Counted from the first letter of the stretch, positions 16,751 through 29,953 are shown. The stretch is DNA of 64,000 nt from an uncultured Clostridia bacterium (GCA_947585615.1 CANPXD010000001.1:7115-71114); one strand, 5' to 3'. Program-made: numbers and translations. Notes: generated by a model not told the origin, from the sequence alone.

Positions 16751-18757
16751 ATGAAATTTGAAATTTTAGCTCCCGCAGGTTCGCGGGAGTCACTTGTTGC
16801 CGGTGTAAGATGCGGCGCTGATGCGGTTTACCTTGGCGGTAAAACGCTGAATGCACGCCGCAGCGCCGGCAATTTTAATGACGAGGAACTAAAAAAAGCG
16901 ATTCAGTACTGCCATTCGCACGCGGTTAAGGTGTATATTACCCTTAATACCCTTTGCCGGGACGGTGAGTTTTCCGACGCCTTTCATTTTGCCGAAAAAG
17001 TCCTGACCTACGGTGCCGACGCTTTTATAGTTCAGGACATCGGCATTGTGAAAATGCTCGGAAGCTGTTTTCCCGGAGTCAGAATTCACGCCTCAACGCA
17101 GATGAGCGCAATGACTCCATCAGCTGCGGCGTTCCTTAAAAAAGCCGGAGTTTCACGTCTTGTACTGCCTCGTGAAATGACTGCGGACGAGATTGGCGAG
17201 CTTGCCGCAGACACCGATTTGGAGCTTGAAATGTTTGTTCACGGCGCACTGTGTATGAGTGTATCGGGGCAATGCTACTTTTCGGCAATGATCGGACAGC
17301 GAAGCGGAAACCGCGGTCTGTGCGCCCAGCCGTGCCGTCTGCCGTTTTCTGCCTGTAAGGAAGGCGGATTTGACCTTAGTCTTAAAGACCTCAGTCTCCT
17401 AAATCAGCTTGAGAAGATAAGCGGGCTGGGCGTGCTCAGTCTTAAAATAGAGGGCAGAATGAAAAGACCCGAATACGTTGCCGCCGCTGTTTCGTCGATT
17501 AAAAAAGCGATAAACGGTGCATACTCTTTTAAGGACGAGGAACTGCTCAAAAATGTGTTCAGCCGCAGCGGCTTTACCGAAGGATATTTTAACGGGACAA
17601 GAGACAGGTCTATGTTTGGCACAAGGCAAAAGGAGGATGTTGTCTCCGCGCGGCAGGCGGTTAAATATTTTTCTCATTTGTACGACAATGAAAATCCTCT
17701 TGTGCCTATTGATATGGAGCTTGAATTCCTGCGTTCAAAACCTGTGCGCCTTACGGCGGAAGCGCTCGGAAAAAAGGTCAGCGTTATATGCTCCGAGCCG
17801 CAGCAGGCGATTAACAGAGCAGAAACGCCCGAAAGTCTTAAAAACAGGCTGTCAAAGCTTGGAGGCACGCAGTTCTATGTGAGCAGTATAAAAATAAAAT
17901 CAGACGACGGTCTTATGCTTCCTGCCGCAGAGATAAATGCACTGCGCAGAAAAGCGGTCGAGGCACTGTCCGCCGCCGAATTAAAAATGCCCTTATGCTA
18001 TCCGCCTGACGAAATCCCTCCTCGGGAAAGAAAAGAAACAACGCCGTATTTTACGGCAAGATTTGCAGACATTGCGCAGATACCGAAAGATCACCCGTTT
18101 AAAAGAATATTTATACCGGTATGGTCGAGCGATGAAGCGTTTTTAAAAACAGGCGCGGGAGCGGAACTGCCGCGCGGACTTTTCGGCGTGGAAAAACGGC
18201 TTGAAAAAAGACTCAGGGAACTGAAAAAACGCGGCGTTAAAAATGCTCTTTGCGGCAACATCGGTGCGTATCAGCTTGCAGAGAAAATTGGTTTTCACGT
18301 TTACGGAGATTTCGGTTTGAATGTTTTTAACAGCCTGTCTGCACGGAATTTCAATTCTCCGATACTCTCCTTTGAGCTTACTGTAAAAGAGGCAAACAGC
18401 ATAAATGCTGAGGACACGGGAATGATTGCGTACGGCAGACTGCCTCTTATGCTGACGAGAATATGCCCCGTAAAGAGCAGAATAGGCTGTGATAAATGCG
18501 GAAAAAACGGAACGCTTACAGACAGACGCGGTGTCAGTTTTCCGATTGTCTGCTCGCCGTATCCGTGCGTTCAGCTTTTAAACAGTGTGCCGCTTTATAT
18601 GGGGGATAAAATGAAAGATATTAAAACGGATTTTATACATTTTTATTTTACCGACGAGAGCAAAAGCGATGTTAAAAAAATTATTGCCCTTTATAAAAAC
18701 GGCGAAAAAGCCGATTTTGATTATACAAGAGGTCTTTACTACAGAGGAGTGTTCTAA
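16751..18757 (+). CDS. Peptidase U32 family protein (long form)
   Basis: 668-aa ORF with the U32 signature region LEMFVHGALCMSVSGQCYFS. Confidence 0.88.
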   Translation: MKFEILAPAGSRESLVAGVRCGADAVYLGGKTLNARRSAGNFNDEELKKAIQYCHSHAVKVYITLNTLCRDGEFSDAFHFAEKVLTYGADAFIVQDIGIVKMLGSCFPGVRIHASTQMSAMTPSAAAFLKKAGVSRLVLPREMTADEIGELAADTDLELEMFVHGALCMSVSGQCYFSAMIGQRSGNRGLCAQPCRLPFSACKEGGFDLSLKDLSLLNQLEKISGLGVLSLKIEGRMKRPEYVAAAVSSIKKAINGAYSFKDEELLKNVFSRSGFTEGYFNGTRDRSMFGTRQKEDVVSARQAVKYFSHLYDNENPLVPIDMELEFLRSKPVRLTAEALGKKVSVICSEPQQAINRAETPESLKNRLSKLGGTQFYVSSIKIKSDDGLMLPAAEINALRRKAVEALSAAELKMPLCYPPDEIPPRERKETTPYFTARFADIAQIPKDHPFKRIFIPVWSSDEAFLKTGAGAELPRGLFGVEKRLEKRLRELKKRGVKNALCGNIGAYQLAEKIGFHVYGDFGLNVFNSLSARNFNSPILSFELTVKEANSINAEDTGMIAYGRLPLMLTRICPVKSRIGCDKCGKNGTLTDRRGVSFPIVCSPYPCVQLLNSVPLYMGDKMKDIKTDFIHFYFTDESKSDVKKIIALYKNGEKADFDYTRGLYYRGVF

Positions 18758-19323
18758 TGCTTGTTCTTGCGTCAAAATCACCGAGAAGAAGAGAGCTTTT
18801 AAGGCTGATAACAAATGATTTTGTCATCAAAACCGCCGACGTTGATGAAACTTTGCCGCAGGGGATTTCACCTGAAAAGGCTGTTCTTATGCTCTCACAG
18901 ATAAAAGCGCGGCCGTTCAGAAACGAAAGCGATATAATTATCGGAGCCGACACGGTTGTTGCGGCTGATTCAAAAATTCTCGGAAAGCCGTCCGATGACG
19001 CCGAGGCGTTTTCCATGCTGAAATTTCTCAGCGGAAGAGAACATTCGGTTTTTACGGGAGTTACTGTTTTGTCGCGCAACTGTGAAAAAACGTTTTACAG
19101 AGAAACGAAGGTGCGGTTTTATAGTCTGAGTGACAATGAAATTATTGATTACATAAAAACAGGAGAATGCTCGGACAAGGCGGGAGCATACGGAATTCAG
19201 GGAAAAGGCGCTCTTTTGGTTAAGGAAATCAAAGGAGATTACTTCAATGTTGTCGGACTGCCTGTTTCTGCCCTCTACAGGATTCTTAACAGCGGTTTTT
19301 TTGGTAATTTTAACAGAATTTAA
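18757..19323 (+). CDS. maf: Maf-family nucleoside triphosphate pyrophosphatase (septum formation protein)
   Basis: 188-aa ORF with LASKSPRRRELL, GADTVV and GAYGIQG motifs. Its ATG overlaps the U32 stop (TAATG). Confidence 0.92.
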   Translation: MLVLASKSPRRRELLRLITNDFVIKTADVDETLPQGISPEKAVLMLSQIKARPFRNESDIIIGADTVVAADSKILGKPSDDAEAFSMLKFLSGREHSVFTGVTVLSRNCEKTFYRETKVRFYSLSDNEIIDYIKTGECSDKAGAYGIQGKGALLVKEIKGDYFNVVGLPVSALYRILNSGFFGNFNRI

Positions 19324-19405
19324 TATTATTTTCTTGTATACTTCGCCGAAATTTGTCTAATTTGAGAGTTGATAAAATGATATATAAATGTTATAATGTT
19401 AATAT

Positions 19406-19435
19406 GAGAGGGCTTCTGGATTACCCTCTTTTTTA
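19406..19435 (+). terminator. Intrinsic terminator downstream of maf
   Basis: AGAGGG (19407-19412) pairs with CCCTCT (19424-19429), followed by TTTTTT. Confidence 0.65.
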
Positions 19436-19480
19436 ATCATTGCTGAGTTCTTTTCTATTTTTATGTAAAGGAGTAATGTT

Positions 19481-20365
19481 ATGGCAGCAGATTTACATTG
19501 CCATACCAAGCTGAGCGACGGTTCTGTCGGAATAGAAGATTTAATTGTTATAGCGCAGAAAAGCGGAATTGATACAATCGCTATAACGGATCACGACTGC
19601 CTTGCAGGCACGGTCAGAGGTCAGGTTATAGGAAAACGCTACGGAGTTACAGTAATTCCGGGAGTTGAAATATCTGCATTCGATTTTGAAGCGGGAAAAA
19701 AAGTACATATACTGAGTTATCTCGCGGACGCGCCGAACAGGCTTGAAGGAGTCTGCAAGCGGACTTCTGTTGCCAGAAAAAGAGCAGGACAGATTATGAT
19801 GCTTAAGGTTGCAAGCCGATTCCCGATTACATCGGATTTTATAATAAACCATGCGTCAGGCTCTGTTAATCTTTACAGGCAGCACATCATGCACGCGCTT
19901 ATGGACGCGGGTTATACCGATAAGATATTCGGAGATTTGTTTTATGCCCTCTTTGACCCGTCGAGTGAAACAAACATTCTTGCGCCGACAAAGTATCCCT
20001 CTGTTGAGGAGGCGCTGAACGAAATCCATTCAGCGGGCGGCATTGCCGTTCTGGCACACCCTGTTGCGTTTAACAATTTAGATGAAATAGACAAATATAT
20101 TTCAATGGGACTTGACGGAATAGAGGTATGGCATCCGTCGGCAAGCGAGGAGGATATTGAAAAGCTGCAGAGAATATGCCGGGAATCAGATCTCCTTATG
20201 ACGGGCGGCTCGGATTTCCACGGAATATACGGGAGAAAAACCGTCACGCTTGGCGCGTGTTCAACGCCGCAGGAGCAGCTCGACAAGCTTCTCGGCTATA
20301 AGGCAAAGAAAAAAAGAGCGCAGAGACGCGCTGAAAAGGAAGCTGCTTTGAAAACAGCAGAATAA
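19481..20365 (+). CDS. PHP-domain phosphoesterase
   Basis: 294-aa ORF with DLHCHT..SDG, ITDHD and a later GSDFHG motif, typical of PHP (polymerase/histidinol phosphatase) domains. Confidence 0.85.
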   Translation: MAADLHCHTKLSDGSVGIEDLIVIAQKSGIDTIAITDHDCLAGTVRGQVIGKRYGVTVIPGVEISAFDFEAGKKVHILSYLADAPNRLEGVCKRTSVARKRAGQIMMLKVASRFPITSDFIINHASGSVNLYRQHIMHALMDAGYTDKIFGDLFYALFDPSSETNILAPTKYPSVEEALNEIHSAGGIAVLAHPVAFNNLDEIDKYISMGLDGIEVWHPSASEEDIEKLQRICRESDLLMTGGSDFHGIYGRKTVTLGACSTPQEQLDKLLGYKAKKKRAQRRAEKEAALKTAE

Positions 20366-20373
20366 ATACAACA

Positions 20374-20418
20374 AAATCCGCCTGATTACAAAAAAGCAGG
20401 CGGATTATTTCTTTTTTT
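20374..20418 (+). terminator. Intrinsic terminator after the PHP gene
   Basis: AAATCCGCCTG ... CAGGCGGATT hairpin followed by ATTTCTTTTTTT. Confidence 0.85.
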
Positions 20419-20419
20419 A

Positions 20420-20447
20420 TTGACATGACATTCAGAATGAATATAAT
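20420..20447 (+). promoter_or_regulatory. sigma-A-type promoter for the alpha-galactosidase gene
   Basis: TTGACA at 20420-20425, 16-nt spacer, TATAAT at 20442-20447. Confidence 0.55.
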
Positions 20448-20489
20448 TGAATTACACCAATTTTATCTTGAATACGAAAGGGCAGAATT

Positions 20490-21800
20490 ATGCACAGAAA
20501 TCTCGCGAAAACTCCTCCGCTCGGCTGGAATAGCTGGGATTGTTTCGGGGCGGCGGTAAATGAAAATCAACTGCGCGAAAATGCGGACTATATGGCAAAA
20601 TATCTGAAAGAATACGGTTGGGAATATATAGTATGCGATATTCAGTGGTATGAACCTCTGGCAAAGAACAACGATTATAACAATTTTACCGAGCTGAATA
20701 TGGATGAATACGGCAGACTTATGCCTGCCGAAAACCGTTTTCCGAGCGCGGCGGGAGGAAAGGGATTCAAAGAAATTGCCGATTACTGCCACAGCCTCGG
20801 ACTCAAATTCGGAATTCATATTATGAGAGGCGTTCCGAGAGGAGCGGTACACGCGGCGCTGCCGATTAAGGGAAGCAAAAGCACCTGCCGTGACATTGCG
20901 CACCATTTTTCCGTCTGTTCGTGGAACACGGATATGTACGGGTGTCGCAATACTGCCGCCGCTCAGGAGTATTATAATTCAATTTTTGAGCTTTACGCGC
21001 AGTGGGGCGTCGACTTTATAAAGTGTGACGATATATGCGTAACAGAGTTCAGACGGTGGGACAATCCGTATTCCGCTGATTATGAAATAGAAATGATAAG
21101 AAAAGCGATAGACGGCTGTGGCAGAGATATGGTGCTGTCTCTTTCACCGGGTCCTGCGAGTATTGAAAATGCCGCTCATCTTGCGCAGAACGCAAATATG
21201 TGGAGAATGACGGGGGATTTCTGGGACGAATGGGAAAAGCTTCACGATATGTTTGACCGCTGCCTGTTATGGCAGAATGAGGTTGGCAACGGCTGCTGGC
21301 CCGATTGTGATATGCTCCCTCTCGGAAAGCTTGCAAAAAACGCTCCCTGTCACGGTGCGGCAAACAGATATACAAACTTTACAAAGCCTGAGCAGATAAC
21401 GTTGATGACACTTTGGGGAATATTCAGAAGTCCGCTTATGTTCGGCGGAAATATGCCCGAAAATGACGAATGGACTCTGTCACTGCTGACAAACAGGGAT
21501 TATCTTGAAATGCACCGTTCTTCCTTTGGAGCGAAACAGATTTACAGGAATGAAACGGACGGAAGAGGAACGATCATATGGCAGAGCAGCGGAGATGATT
21601 GCAGATATATTGCCGTTTTCAACACGGACGATGAAAAACGTGAGATAACCGCGGAACTCGGCAGTATTCTTGAGCCGTACAAGTCATATACCGTATGGGA
21701 TATATGGAATCGGACGAACGAGCCGGAAATAGGACAACAGCTTACCGTATCCGTTGACGCTCACGGCGCACGCCTGTTCAGACTGCGGGAAACGGTCTGA
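20490..21800 (+). CDS. Glycoside hydrolase family 27 alpha-galactosidase-like enzyme
   Basis: 436-aa ORF with PPLGWNSWD near the N-terminus, a GLKFGIH segment and a DFIKCDD motif characteristic of GH27 melibiases. Confidence 0.85.
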   Translation: MHRNLAKTPPLGWNSWDCFGAAVNENQLRENADYMAKYLKEYGWEYIVCDIQWYEPLAKNNDYNNFTELNMDEYGRLMPAENRFPSAAGGKGFKEIADYCHSLGLKFGIHIMRGVPRGAVHAALPIKGSKSTCRDIAHHFSVCSWNTDMYGCRNTAAAQEYYNSIFELYAQWGVDFIKCDDICVTEFRRWDNPYSADYEIEMIRKAIDGCGRDMVLSLSPGPASIENAAHLAQNANMWRMTGDFWDEWEKLHDMFDRCLLWQNEVGNGCWPDCDMLPLGKLAKNAPCHGAANRYTNFTKPEQITLMTLWGIFRSPLMFGGNMPENDEWTLSLLTNRDYLEMHRSSFGAKQIYRNETDGRGTIIWQSSGDDCRYIAVFNTDDEKREITAELGSILEPYKSYTVWDIWNRTNEPEIGQQLTVSVDAHGARLFRLRETV

Positions 21801-21889
21801 ACCGCGCCTGAATTTGAACAGATGATGAAACGTATATATTAAAAGCAAGAATAAATGCTTTATAAAATAGAGATTTAAAAAAATTTTTC

Positions 21890-21932
21890 CGCAAAAGAAA
21901 AACAGTCCCGAGGATTTGTTCTTCGGGACTGT
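21890..21932 (-). terminator. Intrinsic terminator of secA
   Basis: ACAGTCCCGA (21902-21911) pairs with TCGGGACTGT (21923-21932). On the minus strand the hairpin is followed by TTTTTCTTTTG. Confidence 0.8.
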
Positions 21933-21950
21933 TTGCTATATATAAGGCTT

Positions 21951-24713
21951 TTATTTCTTTTCGGCCTGTTCGGCGAGCTTTTCGGGAGAGCCGCAGCATT
22001 TCTTGTATTTTTTGCCGCTGCCACATGGGCAGGGATCGTTTGGCCCTACCTTCTTGCTCTTTCTGACGGGAGCTGCCTTGACCGAGTCGTCGCCTCCTGC
22101 CGATGTCGCTGTAACCTTTGCAACTGCCTTTCTTTCAACATCCTCACGACGTCTCGGCATACTTGTGAGCATTGTTAAAACGGTGTGCTCACGTATTGCA
22201 GTCGTCATTTCTTCAAACATATCGAACGATTCGTTCCTAAATGCAACAATTGGATCCTGCTGTGCGTATGAGCGCAGGTGGATGCCTTCCTTGAGATCGT
22301 CCATAGCGTCAATATGCTCCATCCAGAGCGAATCAACAAAGTGCAGAAGCACCATTTTTTCAAATTCGCCGTAAAGCTCGTCGCCGAGCTTGGCTCTCTT
22401 GTCTGCGAGAATAGTGCGTCCTCTCTCCTTGAGTGTTTCGGCAATTTCGTGAACCGTAAGCGTGCTTACATCCGTAAAGTCCTCGTCTGTTGCAAGCCAT
22501 CCCCTGTATTTTTCCTTTAAGCCTTGGATATTCCAGTCTTTCTTGTCGGCGTCATTTGCGCAGTAAATAGCAACATTTTCGTCTACGCTTGATTCAAGCA
22601 TATTCAGAATTTTGTCGGAAAGATCAATTCCGTCAAGAACCATATCGCGCTGTTTGTAGATAAGTTCTCGCTGGCGGTTCATAACATCATCGTACTGGAG
22701 CGTGTTTTTGCGTATACCGAAGTTTCTTCCCTCAACCTTACGCTGTGAGGATTCAACTGTTTTTGTTATCATCTTGTTTGAAATAGGCAGATTTTCGTCA
22801 TCTGCAAGTCTGCCCATAATCATTTTCAGCCTGTCTCCGCCGAAGAGGCGCATTAAATCGTCCTCCAGTGAAAGATAAAACTGCGATTTGCCGGGATCAC
22901 CCTGACGCCCCGAACGTCCGCGGAGCTGATTGTCTATACGTCTTGAATCGTGGCGTTCGGTGCCGAGGATAAAGAGACCTCCTGCCTCTCTTACCTTGTC
23001 TGCCTCTTCCTTTATTTCATTCTTGTATTTGTTTTCAAGCTCCTTGAAGGTTTTGCGCGCTTCAAGAATTTCTTCATTATCTGTTTCCGCAAAGCCTGTT
23101 GCCTCGGCAATGAGCTCATCAGAATACTGCATTCTCCTCATTTCGGATTTGGCAAGATATTCAGCATTTCCTCCAAGCATAATATCCGTTCCGCGTCCTG
23201 CCATGTTCGTGGCGATCGTAACGGCGCCCAGTTTACCTGCCTGAGCGATGATTTCAGCCTCGCGCTCATGGTTTTTAGCATTGAGCACATTATGCGGAAT
23301 TTTAGCCTTTTTGAGAAGCTTGGAGAGCAGCTCGCTCTTTTCAATGCTTATTGTGCCGACAAGTATCGGCTGTCCGATTTCGTGGCATTTTTTAATCTGC
23401 TCTATGGCATTGTTGAATTTGGCGCGCTCCGTTTGGAAAATAATGTCGGGAAGATCCTCACGGATGAGCGGTCTGTTTGTCGGGATTTCAACAACATCGA
23501 GCTTATAGATTTCATTGAACTCGGGAGATTCGGTGGACGCGGTTCCCGTCATACCCGAAAGCTTTTTGTAAAGACGGAAATAATTCTGGAATGTGATGGT
23601 TGCGAGCGTTTTGCTCTCGTGTTCAACCTTAACACCTTCCTTAGCTTCAATTGCCTGATGGAGACCGTCGTTATAACGTCTGCCGAGCATAATGCGCCCC
23701 GTAAATTCGTCTACAATAAGAACCTGTCCGTCCTTTACAACGTAGTCTATATCCCGGCGCATAACACCGTTTGCCTTTATTGCCTGATTGATATGGTGGA
23801 GCAGCGTGGTGTTTTCCATATCCATAAGGTTTTCAACGCCGAAACGCTCCTCGGCTTTCTGAACGCCGCTTCTCGTGAGTGTAGCAGTGCGTGCTTTTTC
23901 GTCAACAACATAGTCGCCGTCGTAGGTTGCCTCGGTGTCCTGCTTTTCGTCCATCTGGGCAACCTTAATCATTTTAAGACCTCTTGCAAAGTCGTTTGCC
24001 TGGCGGTACATATCCGTTGACTGGTCTCCCTTGCCGCTGATGATAAGTGGAGTACGAGCCTCATCTATAAGGATCGAGTCGACCTCGTCAACAATTGCGA
24101 AAACGTGACCTCTCTGCACCTTCTGCTGTTTATACTGAACCATATTGTCACGAAGATAGTCGAATCCCATTTCGTTGTTGGTGCCGTAGGTAATATCGCA
24201 GTTATAGGCTTCCTTTCTCTGCTCGTTTGTCTTTTCGTGAATAATAAGACCTGCACTTAAACCGAGAAAGCGGTAGAGCTTGCCCATCCATTCGCAGTCG
24301 CGCTTTGCAAGGTAGTCGTTTACCGTAACGATATGAACGCCCTCTCCCGTGAGCGCGTTAAGATAGGCAGGCAGGGTGGCAACAAGAGTTTTTCCCTCTC
24401 CTGTTTTCATTTCGGCAATTCTTCCCTGATGGAGAACAATTCCGCCTATTACCTGAACCTCAAAATGCTTCATTCCGAGAACACGCCATGCTGCCTCGCG
24501 GCATACCGCAAATGCGTCCGGAAGTATATCGTCAAGCGTTTCGCCGCCGGCGAGTCTTTCTTTAAGGATCTGAGTCTGGGAAACAAGCTCTTTGTCGCTC
24601 ATAGGCTGATACTTGCTTTCAAGCTCAAGCACCTTGTCGGACTGTTTTTTGACTTTTTTTATTTCCTTTGCGGAGTAATCTCCGAAAATTGCGGTTAGGA
24701 TTTTGTTTGCCAT
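21951..24713 (-). CDS. secA: Preprotein translocase ATPase SecA
   Basis: 920-aa ORF with MKTGEGKTL, DEVDSILIDEARTPLIISG and the C-terminal zinc-binding tail CPCGSGKKYKKCCG. Confidence 0.97.
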   Translation of the reverse strand: MANKILTAIFGDYSAKEIKKVKKQSDKVLELESKYQPMSDKELVSQTQILKERLAGGETLDDILPDAFAVCREAAWRVLGMKHFEVQVIGGIVLHQGRIAEMKTGEGKTLVATLPAYLNALTGEGVHIVTVNDYLAKRDCEWMGKLYRFLGLSAGLIIHEKTNEQRKEAYNCDITYGTNNEMGFDYLRDNMVQYKQQKVQRGHVFAIVDEVDSILIDEARTPLIISGKGDQSTDMYRQANDFARGLKMIKVAQMDEKQDTEATYDGDYVVDEKARTATLTRSGVQKAEERFGVENLMDMENTTLLHHINQAIKANGVMRRDIDYVVKDGQVLIVDEFTGRIMLGRRYNDGLHQAIEAKEGVKVEHESKTLATITFQNYFRLYKKLSGMTGTASTESPEFNEIYKLDVVEIPTNRPLIREDLPDIIFQTERAKFNNAIEQIKKCHEIGQPILVGTISIEKSELLSKLLKKAKIPHNVLNAKNHEREAEIIAQAGKLGAVTIATNMAGRGTDIMLGGNAEYLAKSEMRRMQYSDELIAEATGFAETDNEEILEARKTFKELENKYKNEIKEEADKVREAGGLFILGTERHDSRRIDNQLRGRSGRQGDPGKSQFYLSLEDDLMRLFGGDRLKMIMGRLADDENLPISNKMITKTVESSQRKVEGRNFGIRKNTLQYDDVMNRQRELIYKQRDMVLDGIDLSDKILNMLESSVDENVAIYCANDADKKDWNIQGLKEKYRGWLATDEDFTDVSTLTVHEIAETLKERGRTILADKRAKLGDELYGEFEKMVLLHFVDSLWMEHIDAMDDLKEGIHLRSYAQQDPIVAFRNESFDMFEEMTTAIREHTVLTMLTSMPRRREDVERKAVAKVTATSAGGDDSVKAAPVRKSKKVGPNDPCPCGSGKKYKKCCGSPEKLAEQAEKK

Positions 24714-24780
24714 TATTTCACCTCATTATCAAGCTGCATTCAATAATTTTATCACAATATTGATGCCGTGTCCATTCTTT

Positions 24781-25380
24781 TTAAGCAATCGCGCTTTTTA
24801 TTGCTCCGAGCGCGCCGCCGGAAACGGCGTCCTCCGCTGTTTCGTCAAAACCGAGCACAAGATTTTTTTTGTCTTGGGTTATCGTAAGCGTAAATTCAAT
24901 AGGCTTTGGATTCAGAACAGCGTCGGAAATGCTCTGAACAAGCTCCGCAAGATTGTTGTCGAGCCACAGCTCATTGTCAAGATTGGCAAGAAGCGAAAAG
25001 GTTGAATACTTTTCAAGCAGCCTTTTTGCAAAGGAAGAGGCAATGAGCGACAAATCCTTGTTCGTCACTGAAACGGTAACCGTCTGCGCCTCAAGGTCAA
25101 TATCCTTAACCTCATAGGTAAGATTTTCAAAGATTGCGATTCCGAGCTTTCGGAACTGGTCGTGCTTCTCGGCATATCCGGTAATAATGCTGAGCGTGCG
25201 GGAATCTACGTATTTGTCAAGCTTCTCCGTGTCAAACGACTTGAGTGCGGCAAAGGCTTCGTCAACGGTTTTTGTAACGTTTTCTTCCGTAAGTGCCGCA
25301 CCCGATGAACACGAGCAGAATGAAAGCGCGATAAATAAAACCGCCAGCGTCAGAGAAAATAGTTTTTTCATAATCATCAC
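24781..25380 (-). CDS. Hypothetical lipoprotein
   Basis: 199-aa ORF with a signal peptide ending in the lipobox-like LSFCSC. I recognised no family. Confidence 0.65.
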   Translation of the reverse strand: MMIMKKLFSLTLAVLFIALSFCSCSSGAALTEENVTKTVDEAFAALKSFDTEKLDKYVDSRTLSIITGYAEKHDQFRKLGIAIFENLTYEVKDIDLEAQTVTVSVTNKDLSLIASSFAKRLLEKYSTFSLLANLDNELWLDNNLAELVQSISDAVLNPKPIEFTLTITQDKKNLVLGFDETAEDAVSGGALGAIKSAIA

Positions 25381-25474
25381 CTGAGTAAAAGTATCGGTCG
25401 GTGACCGTTAAAAGCTATTATATATTGTAATTGTTAATTTTTCAATATCGGAGTGGCAAAAAATAAATAAATAA

Positions 25475-25503
25475 TTGCATATTAAAAACATATATGGTAT
25501 AAT
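25475..25503 (+). promoter_or_regulatory. sigma-A-type promoter (extended -10) for the cyclase / sugar-transferase genes
   Basis: TTGCAT at 25475-25480, 17-nt spacer ending in TGG, TATAAT at 25498-25503. Confidence 0.6.
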
Positions 25504-25592
25504 TAGCAAAATTATTTCAGAATGCGCCGATATGCGGTGTAAGTTTTGTTCGGCGCTTATCCGCTTTTAAAGGCTTTGATTTGAGGGAGAAT

Positions 25593-26186
25593 ATGAAAAT
25601 ATTTGATATTTCGCCGGATATTTTCAGCGCAAGGCTTTACGGCTCGGATACTGCGCCGCATCTCACGGCAGTCAGCAGGATGAGGGACGGTGCGGAGTAT
25701 AATCTTTCCGATATAACGATGTGTCTTCATACGGGAGCGCATATTGATTCTCCGCTCCACTTTGTTGAAAACGGCGTTTCAGTCGGTGAAATGGACATGG
25801 ATAAATTTATCGGGGAATGTCATGTAGCCTCTGCGAAAGGTCCGATAACCGCTGAATGGGTGGAAAGGAATATGCCGTGGAACTGTAAAAAACTGCTGAT
25901 AAAATGCGGCGGAAACGGGTATCTTATGGATAATGCCGTGTTTGAAATCTGCAGGTTTAATATAGACCTTGTGGGGATAGACGCGCTTTCGGTTGCTCAC
26001 GAGAGCAATGAAGGACCTGTGCACCGGGAGCTGATGTATAACAATATAGCAATTCTTGAAGGAATTGATTTGGAAAATGTGGACGACGGCGAGTACTTTC
26101 TGTTTGCCGCGCCTGTAAAGGCAAAGAGCGCTGAGGCAGCGCCCTGCAGAGCCGTTTTGATAAAGGGCTTAACAGCTACGGATTGA
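25593..26186 (+). CDS. Cyclase-family protein (kynurenine formamidase-like, PF04199-type)
   Basis: I set the start at ATG 25593 (MKIFDIS...) behind GAGGGAG. The H.G.H.D.P.H motif is present as HTGAHIDSPLH. Confidence 0.8.
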   Translation: MKIFDISPDIFSARLYGSDTAPHLTAVSRMRDGAEYNLSDITMCLHTGAHIDSPLHFVENGVSVGEMDMDKFIGECHVASAKGPITAEWVERNMPWNCKKLLIKCGGNGYLMDNAVFEICRFNIDLVGIDALSVAHESNEGPVHRELMYNNIAILEGIDLENVDDGEYFLFAAPVKAKSAEAAPCRAVLIKGLTATD

Positions 26187-26190
26187 TAAT

Positions 26191-26808
26191 ATGAAAGCTT
26201 TTCTGAAAAAATGGTTGGCACCAATAAAATTTAAACGGTTGTTTGATATTTTTGCGTCTTTTTTCGCACTTATCATTCTTTCTCCGCTGTTTCTGGGAAT
26301 CTGTGCAATTAATTTCTTTATTCCCGATACGAGCGTATTCTTTTCGCATGAGAGAAGAGGAAGGCGAGGAAAGCCCTTCAAAATTTATAAATTTCAAACA
26401 ATGAAAAACAATACGCCGAACTGCGCGACGGGCGAGCTTGAAAATCCTGAGCAGTATATAACAAAATTCGGAAGATTTCTCAGAAAGACAAGTCTTGACG
26501 AGCTTCCTCAGCTTTGGAACATCCTGAAAGGAGATATGAGCTTTGTCGGTCCGAGACCGCTTATTACGAGTGAAATCAGGGCGCACAGAATGAGACTTGA
26601 ATACGGCGTTTACCGTTTCAGACCGGGACTTACGGGACTTGCGCAGGTGAGCGGACGTGACAGCATATCCCTTATGAAAAAAATGAAATATGATAAGTTA
26701 TATTGTGATAACTGGAGTATTAAAATGGATATAGCAATACTTTTTCAGTCAATCGGAGTCTGTATCCGCCGCGAGGGCTTCCACGAGGGAATATATCACA
26801 GAAGATAG
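26191..26808 (+). CDS. Small bacterial sugar transferase (polyprenyl-phosphate phosphoglycosyl transferase, EpsL/WbaP C-terminal type)
   Basis: 205-aa ORF with one N-terminal TM helix, KRLFDI, KIYKFQTM and DELPQLWNILKGDMSFVGPRP motifs. Confidence 0.9.
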   Translation: MKAFLKKWLAPIKFKRLFDIFASFFALIILSPLFLGICAINFFIPDTSVFFSHERRGRRGKPFKIYKFQTMKNNTPNCATGELENPEQYITKFGRFLRKTSLDELPQLWNILKGDMSFVGPRPLITSEIRAHRMRLEYGVYRFRPGLTGLAQVSGRDSISLMKKMKYDKLYCDNWSIKMDIAILFQSIGVCIRREGFHEGIYHRR

Positions 26809-26875
26809 GCAAATCGGATATGATAAACCGTGTTTTGATTTGGTTTGCTTTGACATCCTTGCTAAGAAACAATAA

Positions 26876-29953
<3,078 letters not shown>

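Noticed and set aside
22950-24020. A 356-aa ORF antisense to secA. Similar long antisense ORFs occur at 45058-45855 in glmS, 46610-47320 in mnmA, 28178-28846 in lacZ, 6488-7027 in yloV and 9118-9591 in recG.
   Set aside because: Each lies entirely inside a strongly recognisable gene on the other strand. Their composition is odd (rich in Arg, Phe, Cys or Ser), and none has an RBS or recognisable domain. Shadow ORFs of this kind are expected opposite long genes.
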